Source: Eledone cirrhosa (lineage: Eukaryota). From it: 64,000 bases of DNA. The notes below the pieces were generated by a model. The model did not search any database and was not told the DNA's origin. It saw only the letters and a list, made by a program, of their open reading frames with translations. Location of the stretch: NCBI GenBank assembly GCA_964016885.1, contig OZ024741.1:402628001-402692000 (forward strand), in the 5' to 3' direction. Within the stretch, counting starts at the first letter, position 1. Every line of letters starts with the position of its first letter. The position numbers were made by a program, and so were the translations under genes. Shown piece by piece: positions 1 through 14,052 of the stretch.

Positions 1-3000
1 ACCACTACCACTACCACCACTAACAACAACACCACCGCCACCACTACTGCCACCACCACCACCAGTAACAACACCACCGCCACCACTACTACCACCACCA
101 CCACCACTAACAACACCACCACCACGTACCACTACCACCACCACCACCACTAACAACACCACCACCACCACTAACAACAACACCACCACCACCACCACTA
201 CTACCACCACCACCACTAACAACAACAACACCACCACCTCCACTAACAACCACACCACCACTACTACCACCACCGCCAATACTACCACCACCACCACTAA
301 CAAAAACACCACCGCCACCACTACTACCACCACCACCACCACTAACAACACCACCACCACCATTAACAAAAACACCACTGCCACGACTACTACCACCACC
401 ACCACCGCCAGTAACAACACCACCGCCACCACTACTACCACCACCACCACTAACAACAACACCACCACTACCACTAACAACACCACCACCACCACTAACA
501 ACAACACCACCACCACTACTACTACCACCACTACCACTAACAACAACAACACCACCACCACTACCACCACCACCTCCACTAACAACAACACCACCACCAC
601 CACTACTACCAACACCACCACTAACAACAACACCACCACCACCACTACTACCACCACTAACAACAACAACACCACCACCCCTACCACCACCACACCACTA
701 ACAACAACACCACCACCACCACTACTACCACCACCACCACCACTAACAATAACACCACTACCACCACTACTACCAACACCACCACTAACAACACCACCAC
801 CACCACCACCACCACCACCACTACTAACACCACCACCACCACTAACAACACCACCACCACCACTACTACCACCACCACCACTAACAACAACAGCACCACC
901 ACCACCACTACCAACACCACCACTAACAACACCACCACCACCACTACTACCACCACCACGACTAACAACAACAGCACCACCACCACTACTACCACTACCA
1001 CCACTAACAGCAACAGCACCACCACCACCACTACTACCACCACTAACAACAACACCACCACCACCACTACCACCACCACCACCACTAACAACAACACCAC
1101 CACCACCTCTACTACCACCACCACCACCACTAACAACAAGAGCACCACCACCACTACTACCAACACCACCACTAACAACAACACCACCACCACCACTACT
1201 ACCACCACCACCACTAACAACAACACCACCACCACTACTATTACCACAACCACCACTAACAACAAGAGCACCACCACCACTACTACCAACACCACCACTA
1301 ACAACAACACCACCACTACCACTACTACCACCACCACCACTAACAACAACACCACCGCCACCACTACTACCACCACCACCACTAACAACAACACCACCAC
1401 TACCAACACCACGACTAACAACACCACCACCACTACTACGACCACCACCACTAACAACAACACCACCACCACCACTACTACCACCACCACCACTAACAAC
1501 AACAGCACCACCACCACTACTACCACCACCACCACTAACAACAACACCACCAGCACCACTACTACCACCACCACCACTAACAACAACACCACCAGCACCA
1601 CTACTACCACCACCACCACTAACAACAACACCACCAGCACCACTACTACCACCACCACCACTAACAACAACAGCACCACCACCACCACTACTACCACCAC
1701 CACCACTAACAACAACACCACCACCACCACTACCACCACCACCACCACTAACAACAACACCACCACCACCACTACTACCACCACCACCACTAACAACAAC
1801 AGCACCACCACCACTACTACCACCACCACTAACAACAACACCACTACCACCACCACCACCACTAACAACAACACCACCACTACCACCACCACCACTAACA
1901 ACAAGAGCTCCACCACCACTACTACCAACACCACCACTAACAACAACACCACCACCACCACTACTACCACCACCACCACCACTAACAACAACACCACCAC
2001 CACCACTACTACCACCACCACCACCACTAACAACAACACCACCACCACTACTATTACCACAACCACCACTAACAACAAGAGCACCACCACCACTACTAAC
2101 AACAACACCACCACTACCACTACTACCACCACCACCACTAACAACACCACCACCACCACTACAACCACCACCACCACTAACAACAACACCACCACCACTA
2201 CTACCACAACGACCACTAACAACAACACCACCAGCAGCACTGCTACCACCACCACCACCACTAACAACAACACCACCACCACCACTACTACCACCACCAC
2301 CACTAACAACAACACCACCGCCACCACTACTACCACCACCACACCACCACTAACAACAACACCACCGCCACCACTACTACCACCACCACCACCACTAACA
2401 ACACCACCACCACCACTAACAACAACACCACCACTAACAACAACACCACCACCACCACTACTACCACCACCACCACTAACAACAACACCACCGCCACCAC
2501 TACTACCACCACCACCACCACTAACAACACCACCACCACCACTAACAACAACACCACCACTACCAACACCACGACTAACAACACCACCACCACTACTACC
2601 ACCACCACCACTAACAACAACAGCACCACCACCACCACCACTACTACCACCACCACTAACAAAAACACCACCACCACCACTACTACCAACACCACCACTA
2701 ACAACACCACCACCACCACTACTACCAACACCACCACTAACAACAACACCACTAACATCACCACCACCACCACTACTACCAACACCACCACTAACAACAC
2801 CACCACCACCACTACTACCAACACCACCACTAACAACAACACCACCGCCACCACTACTACCACTACCACCACTAACAACACCACCACCACCACTAACAAC
2901 AACAACACCGCCACCACTACTACCAACACCACCACTACTACCACTACCACCACTAACAACAACACCACCACTACCACCACCGCCACCACTACTACCAACA

Positions 3001-6000
3001 CCACCACTAACAACAACACCACCGCCACCACTACTACCACCACCACCACTAACAACACCACCACCACCACTACTACCACCACCACCACTAACAACAACAG
3101 CACCACCACCACCACTACTACCAACACCACCACTAACAACAACACCACCACTACCACCACCACCACCACTAACAACAACACCACCGCCACCACTACTACC
3201 AACACCACCACTAACAACAACACCACCACCACCACTACTACCACCACCACCACTACCACCACCACCACTACTACCACCACCACCACTACCACCACCACGA
3301 CTACTACCACCACCACCACCACTAACAACAACACCACCACCACTACTATTACCACCACCACCACTAACAACAAGAGCACCACCACCACTAACAACAACAC
3401 CACCAGCACTACTACTACCAACACCACCACCACTAACAACGCCACCACCACCACTACTACCACCACCACCACCACCACTAACAACACCACCACCACCACT
3501 AACAACAACACCACCACTAACAACAACAGCACCACCACCACTACTACCACCACCACCACTACTACCAACACCACCACTAACAACGCCACCACCACCACTA
3601 CTGCCACCACCACCAGTAACAACAACACCACCGCCACCACTACTACTACTACCACCACTACCACCAACACCACCAGCACCACTAACAACAACACCACCGC
3701 CAGCACTACTACCAACACCAACACTAACAACAACACCACCGCCACCACTACTACCACCACCACCACTAACAACAACACCAACAGCACTACTACCACTACC
3801 ACCACTAACAACACCACCACCGCCACCACCACTAACAACACCACCACCGCCACCACTACTACTACTACCACCACTACCACCAACACCACCACCACCACTA
3901 CTACCACTACCACTACTACCAACAACACCATCTCCACCACTACTACCAACACCACCACTAACAACACCACCACCACCACCACCACCACCACCACCACTAC
4001 TAACACCACCACCACCACTAACAACACCACCACCACCACTACTACCACCACCACCACTAACAACAACAGCACCACCACCACCACTACCAACACCACCACT
4101 AACAACACCACCACCACCACTACTACCACCACCACGACTAACAACAACAGCACCACCACCACCACTAACAACACCACCACCACCACTACTACCACTACCA
4201 CCACCAACAGCAACAGCACCACCACCACCACTACTACCACCACTAACAACAACACCACCACCACCACTACCACCACCACCACCACTAACAACAACACCAC
4301 CACCACCTCTACTACCACCACCACCACTACCACCACCACCACTAACAACAAGAGCACCACCACCACTACTACCAACACCACCACTAACAACAACACCACC
4401 ACCACCACTACTACCACCACCACCATCACTAACAACAACACCACCACCACTACTATTACCACAACCACCACTAACAACAAGAGCACCACCACCACTACTA
4501 CCAACACCACCACTAACAACAACACCACCACTACCACTACTACCACCACCACCATCACTAACAACAACACCACCACCACTACTATTACCACCACCACCAC
4601 TAACAACAACACCACCGCCACCACTACTACCACCACCACCACTAACAACAACACCACCACTACCAACACCACGACTAACAACACCACCACCACTATTACC
4701 ACCACCACCACTAACAACAACAGCACCACCACTACTACCACCACCACCACTAACAACAACACCACCACCACCACTACTACCACCACTAACAACAACAGCA
4801 CCACCACCACCACTACTACCACCACCACCACTAACAACACCACCACCACCACCACTACCACCACCACCACCACTAACAACAACACCACCACCACCACTAC
4901 TACCACCACCACCACCACTACTACCACCACCACCACTAAAAACAACAGCACCACCACCACTACTACCACCACCACTAACAACAACAGCACCACCACCACT
5001 ACTACCACCACCACCACTAACAACAACACCACCACCACCACTACTACCACCACCACCACTAACAACAACAGCACCACCACCACTACTACCACCACCACCA
5101 CCACTACTACCACCACCACCACTAACAACAACACCACCAGCACCACTGCTACCACCACCACCACCACTAACAACAACACCACCACCACCACTACTACCAC
5201 CACCACCACTAACAACAACACCACCGCCACCACTACTACCACCACCACCACCACTAACAACACCACCACCACCACTAACAACAACACCAACACTAACAAC
5301 AACAGCACCACCACCACTACTACCAACACCACCACTAACAACACCACCACCACCACTACTACCACCACCACCACTAACAACAACACCACCGCCACCACTA
5401 CTACCACCACCACCACCACTAACAACACCACCACCACCACTACTACCACCACCACTAACAACAACAGCACCACCACCACTACTACCACCACCACCACTAA
5501 CAACAACACCACCACCACCACTACTACCACCACCACCACTAACAACAACAGCACCACCACCACTACTACCACCACCACCACTAACAACAACACCACCGCC
5601 ACCTCTACTACCACCACCACCACCACCATTAACAACACCACCACCACCACTACAACCACCACCACCACTAACAACAACACCACGACCACTACTACCACAA
5701 CGACCACTAACAACAACACCACCAGCAGCACTGCTACCACCACCACCACCACTAACAACAACACCACCACCACCACTACTACCACCACCACCACTAACAA
5801 CAACACCACCGCCACCACTACTACCACCACCACCACCACTAACAACACCACCACCACCACTAACAACAACACCACCACTAACAACAACAGCACCACCACC
5901 ACTACTACCAACACCACCACTAACAACACCACCACCACCACTACTACCACCACCACCACTAACAACAACACCACCGCCACCACTACTACCACCACCACCA

Positions 6001-6306
6001 CCACTAACAACACCACCACCACCACTACTACCACCACCACTAACAACAACAGCACCACCACCACTACTACCACCACCACCACTAACAACAACACCACCAC
6101 CACCACTACTACCACCACCACCACTAACAACAACAGCACCACCACCACTACTACCACCACCACCACTAACAACAACAGCACCACCACCACTAACAACAAC
6201 AGCTCCACCACCACTACTACCACCACCACCACTAACAACAACAGCACCACCACCACTACTACCACCACCACCACTAATAACAACAGCACCACCACCACTA
6301 CTACCA
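1..6306. repeat. Compound trinucleotide satellite (ACC/ACT/AAC)n with about 39-42 bp sub-units and higher-order duplications
   Basis: Almost entirely acc/act/aac triplets. The recurring motif is (acc)n-actact-(acc)n-act-aacaacaac. It runs off the window start. The Val/Leu ORFs in the track are its antisense reading. Confidence 0.95.
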
Positions 6307-6459
6307 AGACGTTCAAGTCTTTGAGAGAAAGGTTCATAAATCTAAGTTAGTTCAATTGCTATTTTGTAATTTATTTTTGTTGATAACGAGATATAAGGAC
6401 CTACCTTTGCCCCAAGGAAGGGAGACCTTTTAATATTTGAACTTTATTTTTAAATTTTG

Positions 6460-9400
6460 AACATTTTATCTTCACGCTTAGAATTGCTGTAGCATGGAAC
6501 CAACTACCTGCATCAGTTGTTAGCTGTCGAGACACTGCATCCTTTAAAACCTCCATGGAACAAACTACCTACATCAGTTGTTAGCTGTCGAGACACTGCA
6601 TCCTTTAAAACCTCCATGGAACAAACTACCTGCATCAGTTGTTAGCTGTCAAGACACTGCCTCCTTTAAAACCCCCATGGAACAAACTACCTGCATCAGC
6701 TGTTAGCTGTCAAGACACTGCATCCTTTAAAACCTCCATGGAACAAACTACCTGCATCAGCTGTTAACTGTCGAGACACTGCATCCTATAAACCCTCCAT
6801 GAAACAAACTACCTGCATCAGTTGTTAGCTGTCGAGACACTGCATCCTTTAAAACCTCCATGGAACAAACTACCTGCATCATTTATAAGCTGTCGAGACA
6901 CTGCCTCCTTTAAAACCTCCATGGAACAAACTACCTGCATCAGTTATTAGCTGTCAAGACACTGCATCCTTTAAAACCTCCATGGAACAAACTACCTGCA
7001 TCAGCTGTTAGCTGTCAAGACACTGCATCCTTTAAAACCTCCATGGAATAAACTACCTGCATCAGCTGTTAACTGTCGAGACACTGCATCCTATAAACCC
7101 TCCATGAAACAAACTACCTGCATCAGTTGTTAGCTGTCGAGACACTGCATCCTTTAAAACCTCCATGGAACAAACTACCTGCATCATTTATAAGCTGTCG
7201 AGACACTGCATCCTTTAAAACCTCCATGGAACAAACTACCTGCATCAGTTATTAGCTGTCAAGACACTGCATCCTTTAAAACCTCCATGGAACAAACTAC
7301 CTGCATCAGTTATTAGCTGTCGAGACACTGCATCCTTTAAAACCTCCATGTAACAAACTACCAGCATCAGTTGTTAGCTGTTGAGACACTGCATCCTTTA
7401 AAACCTCCATGGAACAAACTACCTGCATCAGTTATTAGCTATAGAGACACTGCATCCTTTAAAACCTCCATGGAACAAACTACCTGCATCAGTTGTTAGC
7501 TGTTGAGACACTGCATCCTTTAAAACCTCCATGGAACAAACTACCTGCATCAGTTGTTAGCTGTTGAGACACTGCATCCTTTAAAACCTCCATGGAACAA
7601 ACTACCTGCATCAGTTGTTAGCTGTCGAGACACTGCATCCTTTAAAACCTCCATGGAACAAACTACCTGCATCAGTTATTAGCTGTCGAGACACTGCATC
7701 CTTTAAAACCTCCATGTAACAAACTACCTGCATCAGTTATTAGCTGTCAAGACACTGCATCCTTTAAAACCTCCATGGAACAAACTACCTGCATCAGTTA
7801 TTAGCTGTCGAGACACTGCATCCTTTAAAACCTCCATGTAACAAACTACCAGCATCAGTTGTTAGCTGTTGAGACACTGCATCCTTTAAAACCTCCATGG
7901 AACAAACTACCTGCATCAGTTATTAGCTATAGAGACACTGCATCCTTTAAAACCTCCATGGAACAAACTACCTGCATCAGTTGTTAGCTGTTGAGACACT
8001 GCATCCTTTAAAACCTCCATGGAACAAACTACCTGCATCAGTTGTTAGCTGTTGAGACACTGCATCCTTTAAAACCTCCATGGAACAAACTACCTGCATC
8101 AGTTATTAGCTGTCGAGACACTGCATCCTTTAAAACCTCCATGGAACAAACTACCTGCATCAGTTATTAGCTGTCGAGACACTTCACCCTTTAAAACCTC
8201 CATGAAACAAACTACCTGCATCAGTTGTTAGCTGCCGAGACACTGCATCCTTTAAAACCTCCATGGAACAAACTACCTGCATCAGTTATTAGCTGTCGAG
8301 ACACTGCATCCTTTAAAACCTCCATGTAACAAACTACCTGCATCAGTTATTAGCTGTCAAGACACTGCATCCTTTAAAACCTCCATGGAACAAACTACCT
8401 GCATCAGTTATTAGCTGTCGAGACACTGCATCCTTTAAAACCTCCATGTAACAAACTACCAGCATCAGTTGTTAGCTGTTGAGACACTGCATCCTTTAAA
8501 ACCTCCATGGAACAAACTACCTGCATCAGTTATTAGCTATAGAGACACTGCATCCTTTAAAACCTCCATGGAACAAACTACCTGCATCAGTTGTTAGCTG
8601 TTGAGACACTGCATCCTTTAAAACCTCCATGGAACAAACTACCTGCATCAGTTATTAGCTGTCGAGACACTGCATCCTTTAAAACCTCCATGGAACAAAC
8701 TACCTGCATCAGTTATTAGCTGTCGAGACACTGCATCCTTTAAAACCTCCATGAAACAAACTACCTGCATCAGTTGTTAGCTGCCGAGACACTGCATCCT
8801 TTAAAACCTCCATGGAACAAACTACCTGCATCAGTTATTAGCTGTCGAGACACTTCACCCTTTAAAACCTCCATGAAACAAACTACCTGCATCAGTTGTT
8901 AGCTGCCGAGACACTGCATCCTTTAAAACCTCCATGGAACAAACTACCTGCATCAGTTATTAGCTGTCGAGACACTTCACCCTTTAAAACCTCCATGAAA
9001 CAAACTACCTGCATCAGTTATTAGCTGTCGAGACACTGCATCCTTTAAAACCTCCATGGAACAAATTACCTGCATCAGTTATTAGCTGTCGAGACACTTC
9101 ACCCTTTAAAACCTCCATGAAACAAACTACCTGCATCAGTTGTTAGCTGCCGAGACACTGCATCCTTTAAAACCTCCATGGAACAAACTACCTGCATCAG
9201 TTATTAGCTGTCGAGACACTTCACCCTTTAAAACCTCCATGAAACAAACTACCTGCATCAGTTATTAGCTGTCGAGACACTGCATCCTTTAAAACCTCCA
9301 TGGAACAAATTACCTGCATCAGTTATTAGCTGTCGAGACACTTCACCCTTTAAAACCTCCATGAAACAAACTACCTGCATCAGTTGTTAGCTGCCGAGAC

Positions 9401-10348
9401 ACTGCATCCTTTAAAACCCCCATGGAACAAACTACCAGCATCAGTTGTTAGTTGCTGAGACACTGCATCCTTTAAAACCTCCATGGAACAAACTACCTGC
9501 ATCAGTCGTTAGCTGTCGAGACACTGCATCCTTTAAAACCTCCATGGAACAAACTCCCTGCATCAGTTGTTAGCTGTCGAGACACTGCATCCTTTAAAAC
9601 CTCCATGGAACAAACTACCAGCATCAGTTGTTAGTTGCTGAGACACTGCATCCTTTAAAACCTCCATGGAACAAACTACCTGCATCAGTCGTTAGCTGTC
9701 GAGACACTACATCCTTTAAAACCTCCATGGAACAAACTCCCTGCATCAGTTGTTAGCTGTCGAGACACTGCATCCTTTAAAACCTCCATGGAACAAACTA
9801 CCTGCATCAGTTATTAGCTGTCGAGACACTTCACCCTTTAAAACCTCCATGAAACAAACTACCTGCATCAGTTGTTAGCTGCCGAGACACTGCATCCTTT
9901 AAAACCTCCATGGAACAAACTACCAGCATCAGTTGTTAGTTGCTGAGACACTGCATCCTTTAAAACCTCCATGGAACAAACTACCTGCATCAGTTATTAG
10001 CTGTCGAGACACTTCACCCTTTAAAACCTTCATGAAACAAACTACCTGCATCAGTTGTTAGCTGCCGAGACACTGCATCCTTTAAAACCTCCACGGAACC
10101 AACTACCTGCATCAGTTGTTAGTTGCCGAGACACTGCATCCTTTAAAACACTGATGCTTCCCGAAATACGCCAAAACTACACCTGATGTACCCCTTCTAT
10201 ACACATGCACACATGTATATATCATGACTCATGCACTGTTAATTTTCCTGACGTTTGTACATTACCCTATGTACTATACATACACTTTTTGATGAGTTGT
10301 AGTGCACCTGAGCACTGTACACAATATTTCATTATTATTATTATTATT
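6460..10348 (+). mobile_element. CR1-type LINE 3' end (ORF2 C-terminus, 3' UTR, (ATT)n tail) with an internal 61-bp array
   Basis: Translates as FIFTLRIAVAWNQLPASVVSCRDTASFK, the CR1 ORF2 C-terminal 'F..R....WN.LP..VV......FK' motif. The 3' UTR at 10150-10330 is homologous to 45315-45490. Ends in attattatt. Confidence 0.8.
6493..10148 (+). repeat. Tandem array of a 61-bp unit, about 60 copies
   Basis: Unit catggaacaaactacctgcatcagttgttagctgtcgagacactgcatcctttaaaacctc shifts by one base per 60-nt line. There are no spacers. Confidence 0.97.
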
Positions 10349-10349
10349 T

Positions 10350-10680
10350 AAAAAAAGCAAAAAAAAACAATGACAAAATGCTCCCTGAAACTTTCTGGCA
10401 TCAGTCATGTGACAAAGGTTGAAACAAAATGTTGGAAACAGTCTCCACCACTACAACAACAACAACGGGAACATGTGAAACAAGTAGGAAAAACAGCGAC
10501 AACAACAGTTTAAGTGTGAAGCCTTTGCTCTGAAACACTCAGAGGCCCCTGTAGGATGGACCAAGTGGTGATGTATCCGTCCAGCATGGCCAGAAGGACA
10601 GTCAGGGTCCACATAGCAGCAATCCCACCCAGGACTAGACTTGTGGTGGCTCCTGGAGGATATGGATGCATTGCCCATTA
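10350..10680 (+). pseudogene. Decayed Tx1-like ORF1 fragment
   Basis: KCEAF…KHSEAP…TVRVHIAAIPP resembles KCEAF…EHSMAP…KIRVTHIPP in the Tx1 ORF1 at 34670-35075. It directly follows an (ATT)n tail. Confidence 0.5.
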
Positions 10681-10736
10681 AACAGTGATGAAGTAAAGGA
10701 AAGGGAAAATTTAAACAAGACAGATAGAATGGTAGA

Positions 10737-10840
10737 TTGAATAGATGGAAGAAAAATATGTATGGTCAAATCTTACATGAAATGTCTGAGTCAGTTGACA
10801 AAGATAGAAACTGGGAATGGACTAGGAAAAGTGACATAAG
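10737..10840 (+). pseudogene. Short R4/Dong-like LINE ORF fragment
   Basis: RWKKNMYGQ…VDKDRNWEWTRKSD resembles W.EKPLHG…VD…WL in the RLE LINEs at 24300-24400 and 27370-27450. Confidence 0.45.
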
Positions 10841-10939
10841 ACATTTAGACTTTTTTCCTGGTATTTCAAGCATTAAGCTAATATATTTCTTCCATGTACT
10901 GTGCTGTTTATTTTGTCATTTTTGTTATTACTTTTACAT

Positions 10940-11815
10940 ACAAGACCCGACTTCTCATGGGTACAAGCTGAAGCTGAAGGATATAGACAATATACCCCTA
11001 CCCCCTCCCACTGAAAAGTGGTCATCGAGGTGCTACGGCAAAAAAAGCACCCAGCCCTCACTGAAAAGTGGACGTCTAGGCACCACGGAAAAAAAGCACC
11101 CAGCACTCACTGTAAATGAGGTTGGTGTTAGGAAGGGCATCCAGCTGTAGAAATCAAGCCAGAATCAGTTCCTGTATGAGCAAGACAAGGTCAGCCGACT
11201 GGACACTGCCCACAACAGGACAACCCATCTAACCCATGCTAGCGTGGAAGAACAGATGTAAAATGGTGATGATGATGATGATGATGATTCATACGTATAT
11301 ATTTGGGATGAGGGGATAAAATCTGACCTTGCACACTTACACCTCTCTAAGACAATGTCACTGGATCGAGATCTTTGGCGCTATGCAGTAATGCAGAAGA
11401 CCCGCCTTCCCTTACGTACAAAGTTAAACCTACAGTCAGCAGGCACCTCTTAACCCAATATACACCCACACCCTCTACTCCATCATCCCACTTCTGCCCA
11501 AACCACCTTTTCTCTGTAAAATTATGTTGGTACTACAGAACATCCAGTTCACACTGTAAAGTGGTCGTGTAGGTGTCACGACAAAAGGACTCAGTCCACG
11601 CTGTAAAGTGGTTGTGTAGGAGACAAGGTAAAAAAGCTCCCAGTCCACACTGTAAATGTAGTTGGATTAGGAAGAGCATCCAGCCGTAGAAAACCTGCCA
11701 GATACAGTTCTATACAAGCGAGACACAGTTACCAGATCAATTTTGCCTTAAGTAGGACAAACCTGTCTAACCCATGCTAGCGGGGAAGATGGATGTTAAA
11801 CGATGATGATGATGA
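10940..11815 (+). mobile_element. Two RTE-LINE 3' ends with (GAT)n tails (10940-11288 and 11330-11815)
   Basis: Share ttaggaagggcatccagctgtagaa…aacccatgctagc…(gat)n with the RTE copies at 14053-14905 and 48628-49222. Confidence 0.75.
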
Positions 11816-11928
11816 TATATATATGTATATTTATATATATAAGTTTATCCCGGGTTCACTTGGGGGTAACCACAGTAAGTAAGGTACTCAATACAAAGGA
11901 GAGTATATATATATATTTAATATAGAAA

Positions 11929-11979
11929 AGCTTCTACAGGACTAGAACTGTTTCATTCATGAGAAATCATCAGGAAGCT
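11929..11979 (-). ncRNA. Type I hammerhead ribozyme
   Basis: Minus strand reads agcttc-CTGATGA-tttctcatgaat-GAAA-cag-ttctagtc-ctg-TA-gaagct. Stem I is agcttc/gaagct, stem II ttc/gaa, stem III cag/ctg, with a GUA cleavage triplet. Confidence 0.85.
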
Positions 11980-12189
11980 GACTGTCCAAGTAATATGGTG
12001 GTATTTATATCTTTTCTGGTGGTAGGAGAGGGTGGTGATTGGGATGGGAGGAGGTCATTGGTTGATGGGTTTAAAGAAAAAGGGAATTCTTTAAAATAAG
12101 GAGTGGCACCCCCAGTTTGAACTTGTTTATAGAATTCTTTCTGCTTTTGTTACTCTAAATATAGCTTTTAACGAATTCCCTTTTCTTTA

Positions 12190-12260
12190 AACCCATCAAC
12201 CAATGACCTCCACCCATCCCAATCACCACCCTCTCATACTACTAGAAAAGGTATAAATAC
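12190..12260 (+). promoter_or_regulatory. Putative Pol II promoter (two CCAAT boxes and TATAAATA) upstream of the hammerhead
   Basis: aaccaatga and cccaatca, then tataaata at 12252-12259, about 30 nt before the ribozyme 5' edge. It is mirrored in the other arm. Confidence 0.4.
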
Positions 12261-12281
12261 CACCATATTACTTGGACAGTC

Positions 12282-12332
12282 AGCTTCCTGATGATTTCTT
12301 ACGAATGAATCAGTTCTAGTCCTGTAGAAGCT
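12282..12332 (+). ncRNA. Type I hammerhead ribozyme, core mutated (GAAA to GAAT), probably inactive
   Basis: agcttc-CTGATGA-tttcttacgaat-GAAT-cagttctagtcctg-TA-gaagct. Confidence 0.7.
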
Positions 12333-12688
12333 TTTCTATATTAAATATACATATATACTCTTTTACTCTTTTACCTGTTTCAGCCATCCGGCTGAGGCCA
12401 TGCTGGGGCACCGCCCTTGCCTATAAATATTAAATATATATATATTTAAAGGTTAAACAAGGTTCAATGAATAAATCAAAGAATGAGTTTTACAATAGAT
12501 TGGAAGCACTCAACAGTTTGGTTTTTCGGAGTTATTAATATTAATTCAAAATACCCTCTGTATTATATGTAAGTTTTTTCATGTCTCAATCTTAAGGTAT
12601 ATAAATATTGAGTCTTGTCATATCATATTCACTACCATGACTGAATCTTAACCATCTATTATGTCAGGGTATGTCATGCATCATCTTA

Positions 12689-12751
12689 TTTTATCTGATG
12701 AGGTCGTACTGTTGAAGATAGCTCAGTACCTCTGAAATATGTATAATAAAA
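12689..12751 (+). ncRNA. Degenerate type I hammerhead ribozyme (different family)
   Basis: ttttat-CTGATGA-ggtcgtactg…cagtacctct-GAAA-tatgta-TA-ataaaa. Stem I is ttttat/ataaaa and stem II gtactg/cagtac. (TA)n follows at 12798-12921. Confidence 0.65.
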
Positions 12752-12797
12752 TATACTTGATCACACGAATGTTAATATTTTGTTAATATTTTGAATT

Positions 12798-12830
<33 letters not shown>

Positions 12831-12862
12831 GTATATATATATATATGTGTATATATATATAA

Positions 12863-12922
<60 letters not shown>

Positions 12923-13367
12923 CTCATTACTGCTGAAAATATTCAATTTACAATATTTATAAATAATTATCTAAATACTGGTTCTAAAATAAGATCTGTT
13001 CTAGTAATTTTCTGTAACATATTTTTAGAGAGAGTCAACTCAGACATATTCGGATCAATACTAATTAAAATTCATAAATTTATACACTGTATTTTGAACA
13101 ATAGAATTTTAGATTGATTTTACAGGTTTGTGCAAAAAACAGGATGAAAAAATACAGAAAAAAGAACAAAAAAATAACCCAGAAAATCTATTCATTTGAA
13201 TTCATGATTGTAAAACTTACACTGATATATATTTTTTTAATTAAATATTTATTCTTGATTTTTTAAATATATATATATATATACACACACATATATGGGA
13301 AAAATTATTATTTTAGTCAATTATGAAGACAAGCTAATTAAATTTAAAAAAAAACATTTGATTTAAT

Positions 13368-13590
13368 GGTGGTGGATTAGCAAGGGTCGTTAAAACGTCA
13401 GACAAAATGTCTCTTGGCAATTAGTTACTGTCCTTTATGTTCAGAGTCGTTAGAATGTTGGCTAGAATACGTTGTGGTATTCGTTAGGGTTCTCCGCTCT
13501 CTGAGTTCAAATCCTGCCAAGGTCAACTTTGCCTTTCATCCATTTAAGGTCGATAAAAAAAAAAGTACCAGTCTAATACTGGAGTCAATT
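13368..13590 (+). mobile_element. tRNA-derived SINE family 1, degraded
   Basis: B-box gagttcaaatcc followed by the family motif aactttgcctttcatcc…gtcgataaaa…aagtaccagt. Confidence 0.7.
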
Positions 13591-14052
13591 CTTCCTATAT
13601 ATATCTCTCACATTCTATCCTTCTGTGGAAGAAATCTGCTGTATTCAGACCTGGAGAGGAAATGGGTTTTGCCAGGTTTAAAAATGCCCTAGAAATGACA
13701 TCTGCCAATATGATGTCCCTATGACTCCCTCGGGAGTTACACGACCATACTAGGCCATACTTTTATGTTCTGAGTTCAAATTCACCTGATTCTACCTTTA
13801 TCTCTCATCCTTCCAGGACCAATAAGATAAAGTACCAGTGATACAGTGGTGTTGATGTAATCAACTCTCCCCTCCTTACAATGTTGAAGATAATTATACT
13901 ATAATATTCCAGCTCTGTTCATAACATAGAACACTCTGTTTCCTTTATCTGTTCTATGGAATCACTCAGCACTACTTATATGTAACTGACAACTAAAACT
14001 TTTAATCTAAGAATCAAGCCTATCATACTGAGATCAAAACATTATTTATATA

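Larger units (their letters stand above)
11842..12360. mobile_element. PLE pseudo-LTR-type inverted repeat with two hammerhead ribozymes (family A), in (TA)n
   Basis: Inverted arms at about 11901-12095 and 12167-12360. The left flank 11842-11895 is the reverse-complement homologue of 50068-50118. Confidence 0.75.

Noticed and set aside
681-6337. 553-aa and 1335-aa Val/Leu ORFs
   Set aside because: They are the antisense reading of a triplet repeat that cannot generate stops, with no protein-like complexity.
6493-10148. CRISPR-like array
   Set aside because: Units are contiguous with no unique spacers, there are no cas genes, and the unit is CR1 coding sequence in a eukaryotic context. The same applies to the 80-bp and 47-bp arrays.
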